Shown in pieces: positions 51,059 through 63,936 of a DNA stretch of 64,000 nucleotides; the stretch's first letter is position 1; the number at the start of each line of letters is the position of its first letter. The DNA is taken from contig OZ024763.1 of assembly GCA_964016885.1 (NCBI GenBank), positions 10,478,001 through 10,542,000 on the forward strand, in the 5' to 3' direction. The position numbers and the translations under genes are program-made. The DNA comes from Eledone cirrhosa. Taxonomy: Eukaryota. The notes below the pieces were generated by a model. The model had not been told where the DNA came from. It ran no database searches and saw only the letters and a program-made list of their open reading frames with translations.

Positions 51059-51579
51059 ACTGAGAGAAAAAATAGATGACATAATAAGCATGTGACTTTT
51101 GAAGAGATCTGGCCTCTGTATATACGAGTGTATGTGTATGTGTGTATATGTGTGTGTTTATGTATGTCTTTATATATCTATATAGTGTATGGTGAAAGAG
51201 AACATACTTTTAGCAGCAGTCACCCCCCCCCCCCCCCCTCCCAACCCTGGAATATAAAAATGATTTTTTAATATTCTGTATGAAACTGATTTCTGTTGTT
51301 GTTGTTGTTGCTGTTGTTGTTGCTGTTGCTGTTGTTGTTGTTGTTGTTAGTATATAAACCATTGTTTTAAGGACAAAATTTGTAATATTTGGTTTCTTCA
51401 CCAAATTTTAACAAAGCTATGTTTGTGGATTATATATGTATATATGAATATATTTATAGAAGGTGAGTAATATTGTAGAACAATAAAACTATGCATATAT
51501 CAGATAAGTAGCACTCGACAGTTGGTAGAACTGGAGTATATATAATAAAGATGAAATAAAAGATGGTTATAAGAGTTCC

Positions 51580-51925
51580 ATCATCATCATCATCATCATT
51601 ATCATCATCATTTTACGTCCACTTTTCCCTGCTTGCAAGGGTGGGACAGGAACTGATTCTGGCTTGATTTCTACAGCTGGATGCCCTTCCTAACACCAAC
51701 CTCATTTACAGTGAGTGCTGGGTGCTTTTTTTTCCGTGGCACCTACACGTCCACTTTACAGTGGAATGATAGGGACCCCAGTCCCTATCATCTCATTTCT
51801 ACAGCTGAGTAAACTGGAGCAATGTGAAATAGAGTATCTTGCTCAAGGAAACAACACATAACCCAGTCTGAGAATTGAACTCACAACCTTTCGATTGCAA
51901 GACCAATGCTCTAACCACTAAGCCA
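51580..51925 (-). mobile_element. tRNA-derived SINE
   Basis: Reverse complement of the 7041 family. Confidence 0.85.
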
Positions 51926-52072
51926 TATATTTTATTATACATATTTTGAATACAAAATCATCCTGGGACAGAAATTGTGTTCTCTTCAGATAAGATAAGG
52001 TACAATGATATGAGGCATAATAGCACTTGTTTATAGTAAAGTGCTAATTCTACATATGTAGAATTAGCACTT

Positions 52073-53483
52073 GGTGTTCATCAAGGCTCTGTCCTTAGCC
52101 CCCTCCTATTTATTATTGCCCTTCAGGCTATAACAGAGGAGTTCAAGACCGGTTGCCCATGGGAACTTCTCTATGCAGATGATCTAACATTCATAGCTGA
52201 ATCGATGGCTGAACTAGAGAAGAAATTCCAAACATGGAAGCATGGCCTAGAATCAAAAGGCCTTAAAGTTAACTTGTCCAAGACTAAAGTTCTAGTATGT
52301 AGGAAGGAAAATAGGGCACAGGTCCCCTCTGGGAAATGGCCATGCTTAGTGTGTAGGAAAGGAGTAGGCAGAAATTCCATTTTATGTCCCAAATGCAAAG
52401 TATGGGTGCATAAAAGATGTAGTGGGATCACAGGTAAGCTATCTAAGAACGAAGATTTTATATGTGGCCGGTGCTCAGGTACTATAAGTAGCAAGCGCCC
52501 ACAGGATACTAGCTCCTTCTATTGCCCAGATGGCTCTATAGAAATAGTGGACACCTTCCGTTACCTGGGTGACAATATCAGCAGTGGTGGAGGGTGTTCT
52601 GAAAGTACAGTAGCCAGAGTCAGAACGGGATTGAAAAAGTTCAGAGAGCTTATACCGCTGTTGGCCACTAAAGGTTTCTCTCTAAAAATGAAAGGCAGAC
52701 TGTATGATGCCTGTATACGAACAGCAATGTTACATGGTAGTGAGACATGGGCATTACGTGCAGAGGACCTGCACAGACTGGAAAGGAACGGAGCATGCAT
52801 GCTCCGCTGGATGCGTAATAGTAATATACGTGAACAGCAAAGCATAAATGAAGTAAGTGAGAAATTAAGTATAAGAGGGATCAGATGCTGTTTAGTTGAG
52901 AGAAAACTACGTTGATATGGTCACGTGATACGCATGAAAGACGACAGCTGTATAAAAAAAGTGCAGGGCAATCAAAATTGACGGAAGTTACGGAGTAGGC
53001 ACCTCAGAAAAACCTCGGATGATTTGATAAATTCCGACCTTGCACACTTACACCTCTCTAAGACAATGTCACTGGACCGAGATCTTTGGCACTACACAGT
53101 AATACAGAAGACCCGCCTTGCCTATGTACAAAGCGAAAACACCTCTCAATCAAATATACACCCACATCCCCAACTCCCCACGCCCATCAACACCACCCCT
53201 TTCTCTGTAAAGTTATGTTGGTACCACAACATCCAGTCCTAAATAAATGAGGTTGTGTAGGTGTCATGACAAAAAAAAAAACACAGTCCATGCTGTAATA
53301 TGACCATGTAGGTAACACGGTAAAAACCTCCCAGTCCACACTGTAAACGTGGTTGGTGTTAGGAGGGGCATCCAGCCATAGAAAACCTGCCAGACAGTCC
53401 TATGCGAGCAAGACAACCAATCTTGCCTCAAGTGGGACAATTCCCGTCTAAACCCATGCTAGCGTGGAAGATAGACGTTAAAC
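52073..53483 (+). mobile_element. RTE-like LINE (RT with PHD-like insert), 5'-truncated
   Basis: GVHQGSVLSPLLF, YADD, ORF 52205-52915, 3'UTR. Confidence 0.9.
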
Positions 53484-53489
53484 TTATTC

Positions 53490-54799
53490 TTCTTTAACTA
53501 CAAGAGAGGTTCTTAGAGAAGAATAAGCTACTTTACTTAGCTTTTGTTGACCTAGAGAAGGCCTTTGATAGGGTACCCCAAACTGTCATCTGGTGGTCCC
53601 TAAGGAAACTAGGTGAAGAGGAATGGCTTGTGAGGACAGTGCTATGTACAAAGGTGCTGTCAGTAAAGTGAGAATAGGAATGGAGTTTAGTGAGGAATTT
53701 CAGATACAAGTAATTGTACATCAGGGTCAGTCCTCAGCCCACTCTTGTTCATTATAGTCCTCCAAGCCATAACAGAGGAGTTTAAGACTGCATGCCCATG
53801 GGAACTTCTCTATGCTGACGATCTGGTTCTTATAGCAGAATCAGTAGAGGAGCTAGAGAATAAATTCTGGCTATGGAAACAGCAGTTGGAATCAAGAGGA
53901 CTGTGAGTGAACCTAGCTAAGACAAAAGTGTTGATGAGTAGAAAAGAGGACAAAACTCTGATTCCGTCAGAGAAATGGCCATGTTCAATATGTAGGAAAG
54001 GAACTGGCATAAATTCTATAAAATGCACACAATGCAGATCCTGGGTACACAAGAGATGTAGCGGGATAGCAGGCAAACTAACATGTAGGGAAAACTACGT
54101 ATGCAGTAGATGTACAGGGAAAGTTGGCAGTAGTAATCGCAGTGATAGACACATTTTTCCAATGCAGGAGGGTGCTATAGAAGTGGTGGATAGCTTCCGG
54201 TACCTAGGTGATCAGATTAGCATGGGAGGGGGGGGGAGCTTCCGAGGCTATAGTATCTAGAATAAGGACAGGTTGGAAGAAGTTTAGGGAGCTGCTTCCT
54301 CTTTTGACAAAGAAGGGTTTCTCCCTGCGTACGAAAGGATGGTTGTATGATGCCTGTGTGAGATGTGCGATGCTGCATGGTAGTGAGACATGGGCAGCAT
54401 CTGCAGAGGATATGTGATGGCTGGAGAGAAATGAGGCAAGCATGCTCTATTGGATGTGCAATGTCAATGTGCGTGAACGACCAAGCATAGACGAGTTGAG
54501 AAAGAAACTAGGTATAAGAGGGATAAGTTGTGGTGTGCAGGAGAGAAGGCTGAGATGGTATGGACATGTGATGCGCATGGAGGATGACCGCTGGGTAAAG
54601 GAGTGTCAAGAAATCCCAGTGGAAGGAAGACGCAGTAGAGGTAGACCACGTAAAACATGGGCGGAGGTGGTGAGAGCAGACCTGAGATCGCTGATCTCAC
54701 GGAGGAGATGACGAAGGACCGTGACAAGTGGAGAGATGCTGGGCTGAATAAGACCCGTCCAACCCTTGCAAGCAGGGAAAAGTGGACGTAAAATGATGA

Positions 54800-54801
<2 letters not shown>
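53490..54801 (+). mobile_element. RTE-like LINE (related subfamily, short 3'UTR)
   Basis: FVDLEKAFD, YADD, KWPCSIC..CTQC..HKRC..CSRC; (tga)n tail. Confidence 0.9.
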
Positions 54802-54854
<53 letters not shown>

Positions 54855-54877
54855 TATATGTGTATGTATGTATAAAT

Positions 54878-56198
54878 ATGCAAACTATGGGGGGTACACA
54901 AGAGATGTAGTGGGATCTCAGGAAGTTTAGTTAAGAATGTAAGCTTTACAGATAGCTGTTGCACCGAGACAGTATGCAGCAAATGGTCGCAGGAAACAAG
55001 CACTACTAAATTCTGGGCTCAGTAGAAACAGTAGACAGCGTCTGCTACCTGGGTGACTGAATTAGCAGCAGAAGTAGGTGTTCAGAAGGTACAATAGCCA
55101 AGGTAAGAACAGGATGGAAGAAGTTCAGGGAGCTACTACCATTGCTAGCTGCAAAAGACCTTTCCCTCAAAATGAAAGGCAGACTGCATGATGCATGTAT
55201 ATTTTTTTCACGCTCAGAGTTGCTGAAGCATGGAACAAACTACCTGCATCAGTTGTTAGCTGTCGAGACACTGCATCCTTTAAGGCTTCCATGCTTCCCG
55301 AGATCCGCCAACACTACAGCTAATGTTCCCCCTCCATACACATACACACATGTATACCATGACTCATACACTATTCACTTCCATGACATTTGTGTATTAT
55401 TCTATGTACTATACATGCACCTTTGACGAGTTGTAGTGCACCTGAGCACTTTACACACAATAATTTCATTTCATTTCATTTCATTATTATTATATATGAA
55501 CAGCTATGTTACATGGTAGTGAGACCTGGGGGCTGGTGCAGAAGACTTGTGTAGATTGGAAAGAAATGAAGCTTGCCTGCCCCAATGGATGTGTAATAGT
55601 AATATACGTGAACTACAAAGCATAAATGAATTGAGAGAGAGACTGAGCATAAGAGGAATCAAATGTTGTGTTCTGGAGAGGAGATTGCGTTGGTATGGTC
55701 ATGTGATGCGTATGAAGGATGACAGCAGCAAAAAAAGGTGCAGAGCGCTAAACGTCGATGGAAGCCTTGGAGTGGGGAGACCCAAGACTATCTGGAATGA
55801 GGGGATGAAAGCGGACCTTGCCCAATTACACTTCTCAAAGGTGATGACACAGGACTGAGACGTCTGGCATTACACACAAACCTGACTTCCCACGGGTACA
55901 AGCTGAAGCTGAAGCATAGAGACAGTATGCCTCCACCACCCTCCCACTGTAAAGTGGTCATGAAGGTGTCACGACAAAAAGCACCCAGCCCACACTGTAA
56001 AGTGGTCGTGTAGGGGCCACAGTAAAAAAGAACCCAGCACTCACTGTAAATGAGGTTGGTGTTAGGAAGGGCATCCAGCTGTAGAAACAAATTCAAAATC
56101 AGTTCTGTATCAGCATTGCCCACAACAGGACAACCCATCTAACCCATGCTAGTGTGGAAGAATGGACATAAAACGGTGATGATGGTGATGATGATGAT
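54878..56198 (+). mobile_element. RTE-like LINE fragment with nested CR1/L2 3' end (55202-55495)
   Basis: Nested FFTLRVAEAWNKLPASVV with (cattt)n tail; the host resumes at TAMLHGSETW. Confidence 0.78.
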
Positions 56199-56227
56199 AT
56201 AAAAATATATATAGTCAGCCATTTCTC

Positions 56228-56272
56228 AGTCTATCTTCTGATGAAGGACCAGTATCTGAAACATAAAGACTC
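56228..56272 (+). ncRNA. Degenerate minimal hammerhead motif
   Basis: agtctatctt-CTGATGA-agga..tct-GAAAcata-aagact. Confidence 0.35.
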
Positions 56273-56317
56273 TTCCTACTATATCATTTATTAATCTAAT
56301 ATATTTTTTCATTGTGA

Positions 56318-56700
56318 CAATTAGTCATGTCAGTTTAATTAATTAGTAATGTCAGTTTAATTAATTAGTCATGTTAATTTAATTAATTAGTAATGTTAGT
56401 TTAATTAATTAATCATGTCAGTTTAATTAATTAGTCATGTTAGTTTAATTAATTAGTAATGTTAGTTTAATTAATTAGTAATGTCAGTTTAATTAATTAG
56501 TCATGTTAGTTTAATTAATTAGTAATGTTAGTTTAATTAATTAGTAATGTCAGTTTAATTAATTAGTCATGTTAGTTTAATTAATTAGTAATGTTAGTTT
56601 AATTAATTAATCATGTCAGTTTAATTAATTAGTCATGTTAGTTTAATTAATTAGTAATGTTAGTTTAATTAATTAGTCATGTTAGTTTAATTAATTAATT
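56318..56700. repeat. 22-bp AT-rich minisatellite, ~17 copies
   Basis: Unit ttaattagt(a/c)atgt(c/t)agtttaa. Confidence 0.92.
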
Positions 56701-56999
56701 GTGTGTCATCAATTGAATAATTATGTAATATCAACTGATCTTGATATAAATATATATGGTGTTATAAGGCTGGGAAAACTTTTCCTTTGTGCTACTTTGA
56801 TTATAAGGGACTAATGTGAGTTTTTAACTCAATATATACTTTTGAAAAATTGAGCTCCTATGCTTTTGTGGAGCTTTTAATATGTTGAATGGACATGGCT
56901 GCTATTTTTTGGTAACTTATTTTCTATTTGACTCGCTAGGCATGTAATGCCATGTGCAATTTCTCTCTCTTAACAAACGCACATTATTTAATCTTCTAA

Positions 57000-57172
57000 G
57001 GGCGGTGGATTGGCAGTATCGGTAAAGGGTCGGACGCCATGCTTTGACGTATAGAGTTACGGCCCTTGCCATTCTGAGTTCAAAGCCTGCCTTTCATCCT
57101 TACGGGGTCGATAAAATAAAGTACCAGTAATGTACTGGGTAATTTGCTGGCCTTGTGTCAAAAGTAGAAACA
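57000..57172 (+). mobile_element. tRNA-derived SINE with 17-bp TSD
   Basis: attatttaatcttctaa at 56983-56999 and 57173-57189. Confidence 0.88.
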
Positions 57173-57667
57173 ATTATTTAATCTTCTAATGAAATTAGTA
57201 GTGGAGTGATTACTGTTCCAAATATCCACTGAAGACCATTGGACCTCTAACTCTCTCCATTGTGAAACAGTTCTACCCAAATCTGTCGGGATGTTAATAG
57301 TTATCATAATCGGTTTGTAAATCTTAATTTATTCTTTTAATTGAGTCTGTGAACTGTATTATCTTCAGTCAGTATTTTCTTCACCATGGCTGATTTTTGT
57401 CCCCTGTGATTTGAATGCATATATGTATATATCTGTGTTTGTCTCTCTTTATTGTATTATAAGGCACGGAAAACTTTTCATTGTGCTACTTTGATTATAA
57501 GGGACTAATGTGAGGTTTTCACTCAATATATACTTTTGATATATATATATATTTATTTATTATCAGAACAGATTAAAGTTTAAGCAAAGAATTGCTGCTT
57601 TCACCCTTTTACGGGGACTTCTGAAACTTAAATATTTGCTCTACAGGTTTTTATATATATATTTTAT

Positions 57668-58030
57668 TCATCATCACCATCATCATCCCCGTTTTACGTC
57701 CGTTCTTCCACGGTAGCATGGGTTAGACAGGTTGTCCTGTTGTGGGCAGTGTCCAGTCGGCTGACCTTGTCTTGCTCATAGGGAACTGATTCTGGCTTGA
57801 TTTCTACAGCTGGATGCCCTTCCTAACACCAACCTCATTTACAGTGAGTGCTGGGTGTTTTTTTCCGTGGTGCCTACACGTCCACTTTACAGTGGGAGGG
57901 TGTGAGGGCATATTGTCTATATGCGTGAGATTCAGCTTGTAGACGTGGGGAGTCGAGTATTCTGTCTTACTGCGTGACGCCAGAAGTCACGGTCGTGTGT
58001 CAACACCTTTGAGAGGTGTAATTGGGTAAG
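57668..58030 (-). mobile_element. RTE-like LINE 3' end
   Basis: Homologous to 55820-56198. Confidence 0.75.
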
Positions 58031-58297
58031 ATATATATATATATATACACACACAGTGAAACATATACACATACACTACCTCTGAACACAGAAGAACAAA
58101 ACTCCCACTAAGACTACCTCTGTCTCTCCCGCTTTCCTCATCTCTCACTATCCCTCAGCCCCACCAGACAGAATAGAGGATGGTAAAGGAGACGCGCTGT
58201 AAGAGCCATTCCACTCGGTTCACCGGAAGCCAACTCTGTGCTGATAGTGGTGAGACAGAGGTGGCCCTAGGGCCAATGGCACCAGAAGTCTCCACTC

Positions 58298-61200
58298 TAC
58301 TGTAACTACAAATGTGATGTACTATAAGTGTAAAGTACTATAACTGTAATGTACTATAACTGTAATGTATTATAACTGTAATGTACTATAACTGTAATGT
58401 GATGTACTATAACTGTAATGTATTATAACTGTAATGTAATGTACTATAACTGTAATGTACTATAACTGTAATGTATTATAACTGTAATGTATTATAACTG
58501 TAATGTAATGTACTATAACTGTAATGTATTATAACTGTAATGTACTATAACTGTAATGTATTATAACTGTAATGTATTATAACTGTAATGTATTATAACT
58601 GTAATGTAATGTACTATAACTGTAATGTATTATAACTGTAATGTACTATAACTGTAATGTATTATAACTGTAATGTACTATAACTGTAATGTATTATAAC
58701 TGTAATGTAATGTACTATAACTGTAATGTACTATAACTGTAATGTACTATAACTGTAATGTATTATAACTGTAATGTAAAGTACTATAACTGTAATGTAC
58801 TATAACTGTAATGTACTATAACTGTAATGTATTATAACTGTAATGTAAAGTACTATAACTGTAATGTACTATAACTGTAATGTATTATAACTGTAATGTA
58901 ATGTACTATAACTGTAACGTACTATAACTGTAATGTACTATAACTGTAATGTATTATAACTGTAATGTAATGTACTATAACTGTAACGTACTATAACTGT
59001 AATGTACTATAACTGTAATGTATTATAACTGTAATGTAATGTACTATAACTGTAATGTACTATAACTGTAATGTATTATAACTGTAATGTAAAGTACTAT
59101 AACTGTAATGTACTATAACTGTAATGTACTATAACTGTAATGTATTATAACTGTAATGTAATGTACTATAACTGTAACGTACTATAACTGTAATGTACTA
59201 TAACTGTAATGTATTATAACTGTAATGTAATGTACTATAACTGTAACGTACTATAACTGTAATGTACTATAACTGTAATGTATTATAACTGTAATGTAAT
59301 GTACTATAACTGTAATGTACTATAACTGTAATGTACTATAACTGTAATGTATTATAACTGTAATGTAAAGTACTATAACTGTAATGTACTATAACTGTAA
59401 TGTACTATAACTGTAATGTATTATAACTGTAATGTACTATAACTGTAATGTACTATAACTGTAATGTACTATAACTGTAATGTATTATAACTGTAATGTA
59501 CTATAACTGTAATGTACTATAACTGTAATGTACTATAACTGTAATGTATTATAACTGTAATGTATTATAATTGTAATGTACTATAACTGTAATGTACTAT
59601 AACTGTAATGTATTATAACTGTAATGTAATGTACTATAACTGTAATGTACTATAACTGTAATGTATTATAACTGTAATGTACTATAACTGTAATGTACTA
59701 TAACTGTAATGTAATGTACTATAACTGTAATGTACTATAACTGTAATGTAATGTACTATAACTGTAATGTACTATAACTGTAATGTACTACAACTGTAAC
59801 GTACTATAACTGTAATGTACTATAACTGTAATGTATTATAACTGTAATGTATTATAACTGTAATGTACTATAACTGTAATGTACTATAACTGTAATGTAC
59901 TATAACTGTAATGTACTATAACTGTAATGTAGTATAACTGTAATGTACTATAACTGTAATGTACTATGACTGTAATGTACTATAACTGTAATGTACTATA
60001 ACTGTAATGTACTATAACTGTAATGTAATGTACTATAACTGTAACGTACTATAACTGTAATGTAATGTACTATAACTGTAACGTACTATAACTGTAATGT
60101 ACTATAACTGTAATGTACTATAACTGTAATGTTATGTACTATAACTGTAATGTACTATAACTTTAATGTACTATAACTGTAATGTAATGTAACTGTAATG
60201 TATTATAACTGTAATGTACTATAACTGTAATGTACTATAACTGTAATGTACTATAACTGTAATGTATTATAACTGTAATGTAATGTACTATAACTGTAAT
60301 GTACTATAACTGTAATGTACTATAACTGTAATGTACTATAACTGTAATGTAATGTCCTATAACTGTAATGTACTATAACTGTAATGTACTATAACTGTAA
60401 TGTACTATAACTGTAATGTAATGTACTATAACTGTAATGTACTATAACTGTAATGTATTATAACTGTAATGTACTATAACTGTAATGTACTATAACTGTA
60501 ATGTACTATAACTGTAATGTACTATAACTGTAATGTATTATAACTGTAATGTACTATAACTGTAATGTACTATAACTGTAATGTAATGTACTATAACTGT
60601 AATGTACTATAACTGTAATGTATTATAACTGTAATGTACTATAACTGTAATGTACTATAACTGTAATGTAATGTACTATAACTGTAATGTACTATAACTG
60701 TAATGTACTATAACTGTAATGTATTATAACTGTAATGTACTATAACTGTAATGTACTATAACTGTAATGTACTATAACTGTAATGTACTATAACTGTAAT
60801 GTACTATAACTGTAATGTATAATAACTGTAATGTACTATAACTGTAATGTACTATAACTGTAATGTAATGTACTATAACTGTAATGTACTATAACTGTAA
60901 TGTAATGTACTATAACTGTAATGTACTATAACTGTAATGTAATGTACTATAACTGTAATGTAGTATAACTGTAATGTGCTATAACTGTAATGTACTATAA
61001 CTGTAATGTACTATAACTGTAATGTAATGTACTATAACTGTAATGTATTATAACAGTAATGTACTATAACTGTAATGTACTATAACAGTAATGTACTATA
61101 ACTGTAATGTACTATAACTGTAATGTACTATAACTGTAATGTATTATAACTGTAATGTAGTATAACTGTAATGTACTATAACTGTAATGTACTATAACTG

Positions 61201-61700
61201 TAATGTACTATAACTGTAATGTATTATAACAGTAATGTACTATAACTGTAATGTACTATAACAGTAATGTACTATAACTGTAATGTACTATAACTGTAAT
61301 GTAATGTACTATAACTGTAATGTACTATAACTGTAATGTACTATAACTGTAATGTACTATAACAGTAATGTACTATAACTGTAATGTACTATAACTGTAA
61401 TGTAATGTACTATAACTGTAATGTACTATAACTGTAATGTAATGTACTACAACTGTAATGTAATGTACTATAACTGTAATGTAATGTACTATAACTGTAA
61501 TGTACTATAACTGTAATGTAATGTACTATAACTGTAATGTACTATAACTGTAATGTAATGTACTATAACTGTAATGTACTACAACTGTAATGTAATGTAC
61601 TATAACTGTAATGTAATGTACTATAACTGTAATGTACTATAACTGTAATGTAATGTACTACAACTGTAATGTAGTATATCTGTAATATTATGTAACTATA
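58298..61700. repeat. 16-bp (21-bp variants) minisatellite, ~3.4 kb
   Basis: Unit actataactgtaatgt with optional extra aatgt. Confidence 0.96.
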
Positions 61701-61849
61701 ACTATGACAGTACTACTATCTATGGTATTACTGTAATGTTGTTTACTATAATGAAAATTGATTTAGAAGCTTTCACCATCTTTTTACTACATATTAAATG
61801 TTGAGACCCCTTTTTTTCTTTCAGTGGCTTATATGTCCTATTATTAGAT

Positions 61850-62200
61850 TATTTTCTGTAGTAAAAGTGTACGTGTGGGTATGTGCTTGGAAAAGGGGCA
61901 GTACATTAGGGCCATTGGAGGTAAAGTTTTGGATAAAGAAGATGAGAGTCTGTTCCCTTAGAGGCATGACTCTTGGGATTTAAATGGAAGAGTGAGAGGA
62001 TCATCTTCTGGTGAGGCAAGGTGGAGGGTTGGTAGATGAGGGCGGAGAGTAAATGGTTTTGGGCTATGGTATGGTTTGAGAGCAATGGTGTGGTTTATTT
62101 CATTGTCTGGAACAATCAGAACAGAAAGATAGGCAGACAAACCAGAGAGTGAAGTATAGTGGACTTTAAATGATGACATTGATATCTGGAAAGTTCCCCT
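61850..62200 (-). mobile_element. Penelope-like GIY-YIG endonuclease C-terminal remnant
   Basis: NHTIAQNHL...REQTLIFFIQNFTSNGPN resembles RE..WI..L.T..P.GLN. Confidence 0.45.
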
Positions 62201-62244
62201 TTAAGGGATAAATAAGCAGAGTTAAGGTGTTTTTGTGGAAGACT

Positions 62245-62478
62245 AGCAGTCACCCATGCATACCAACCACTCCTCTCCATGCCACCAATGTTGTCCAAGG
62301 GATAGGCACATGTTGATACAGCTTGGCACTAGTGACAACTCGTATCTACAGTTGAGTGAAGTGGAGCAACGGGAAAATAAGGTGTCTTGCTCAAGGACAC
62401 AATGCACCACTCAGTCTAGGAATCAAACTCACAACCTCATAATTGTGAACCCACCACTCTACCCACTAAGCCACATAT
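62245..62478 (-). mobile_element. tRNA-derived SINE
   Basis: Reverse complement tggcttagtgg head; gtccttgagcaagacac. Confidence 0.7.
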
Positions 62479-62531
62479 ATATTTAGTAAAATAAGTCTCC
62501 CATTATTAACAAACTTTCTTCAATAAATACT

Positions 62532-63522
62532 TTAACCCTTTATCATTTAAACTGGCCATAACTGGCCAGAATTCTCTCATCCCTTTCTGTACAAACCAGC
62601 TGTAACTGGCCACTCATACTGATTTTAAGGTATTGTTCTCAAAATAAATAATATCAAAATCTCATAGATTCGATATTATGTGAGATATTATGTGAGGTAA
62701 AGCCTTTACTGTGAAAATACAATAGTATATATAGAGTAATGTAAATGTTATGTGAGATATTATGTGAGGTAAAGCCTTTACCATGAAAATACAATAGTAT
62801 ATATAGAGTAATGTAAATGTTATGTGAGATATTATGTGAGGTAAAGCCTTTACTGTGAAAATACAATAGTATATATAGAGTAATGTAAATGTTATGTGAG
62901 ATATTATGTGAGGTAAAGCCTTTACTGTGACAATACAATAGTATATATAGAGTAATGTAAATGTTATGTGAGATATTATGTGAGATAAAGCCTTTACCAT
63001 GAAAATACAATAGTATATATAGAGTAATGTAAATGTTATGTGAGGTAAAGCCTTTACTGTGAAAATACAATAGTATATATAGAGTAATGTAAATGTTATG
63101 TGAGATATTATGTGAGATAAAGCCTTTACCATGAAAATACAATAGTATATATAGAGTAATGTAAATGTTATGTGAGGTAAAGCCTTTACTGTGAAAATAC
63201 AATAGTATATATAGAGTAATGTAAATGTTATGTGAGATATTATGTGAGGTAAAGCCTTTACCATGAAAATACAATAGTATATATAGAGTAATGTAAATGT
63301 TATGTGAGATATTATGTGAGGTAAAGTCTTTACTGTGATAATACAATAATATATATAGAGTAATGTAAATGTTATGTGAGGTATTATGTGAGGTAAAGCC
63401 TTTACTGTGAAAATACAATAGTATATATAGAGTAATGTAAATGTTATGTGAGGTAAAGCCTTTACTGTGAAAATACAATAGTATATATAGAGTAATGTAA
63501 ATGTTATGTGAGATAATTATGT
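62532..63522. mobile_element. TTAA MITE with an internal segment amplified as a 72/60-bp array (62673-63522)
   Basis: Reverse complement of 42200-42403; period 72 (62691, 62763, 62835) with 60-bp variants. Confidence 0.85.
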
Positions 63523-63797
63523 GAGGAGAGAAGGCTGAGAAGGTAAAGACATGTGATGCACATGGAGGATGACCGCTGGGTAAAGAAGTGCCAGGAAGTC
63601 CCAGTAGAAGGAAGACGCAGTAGAGGTAGACCACGAAAAACATGAGCGGAGGTGGTGAGAGCAGACCTCAGATTGCTGAAACTCACGGAGGAGATGACGA
63701 AAGACTGTGACAAGTGGAGAGGTGCTGTGTTGAATAGGACCCGTTCCACCCTTGCAAGCAGGGAAAAGTGGATGTAAAATGATGATGATGATGATGA
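63523..63797 (+). mobile_element. RTE-like LINE 3' end
   Basis: Homologous to 54540-54801. Confidence 0.85.
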
Positions 63798-63900
63798 TTG
63801 GTGAGTCTTGGATAGACACTCTTTATGATATAATTTTTGTATATAAAATATATATATTGTAAGATTATAAAATATATATTAAATATTTCAGCAACCCCAT

Positions 63901-63901
<1 letters not shown>

Positions 63902-63936
<35 letters not shown>

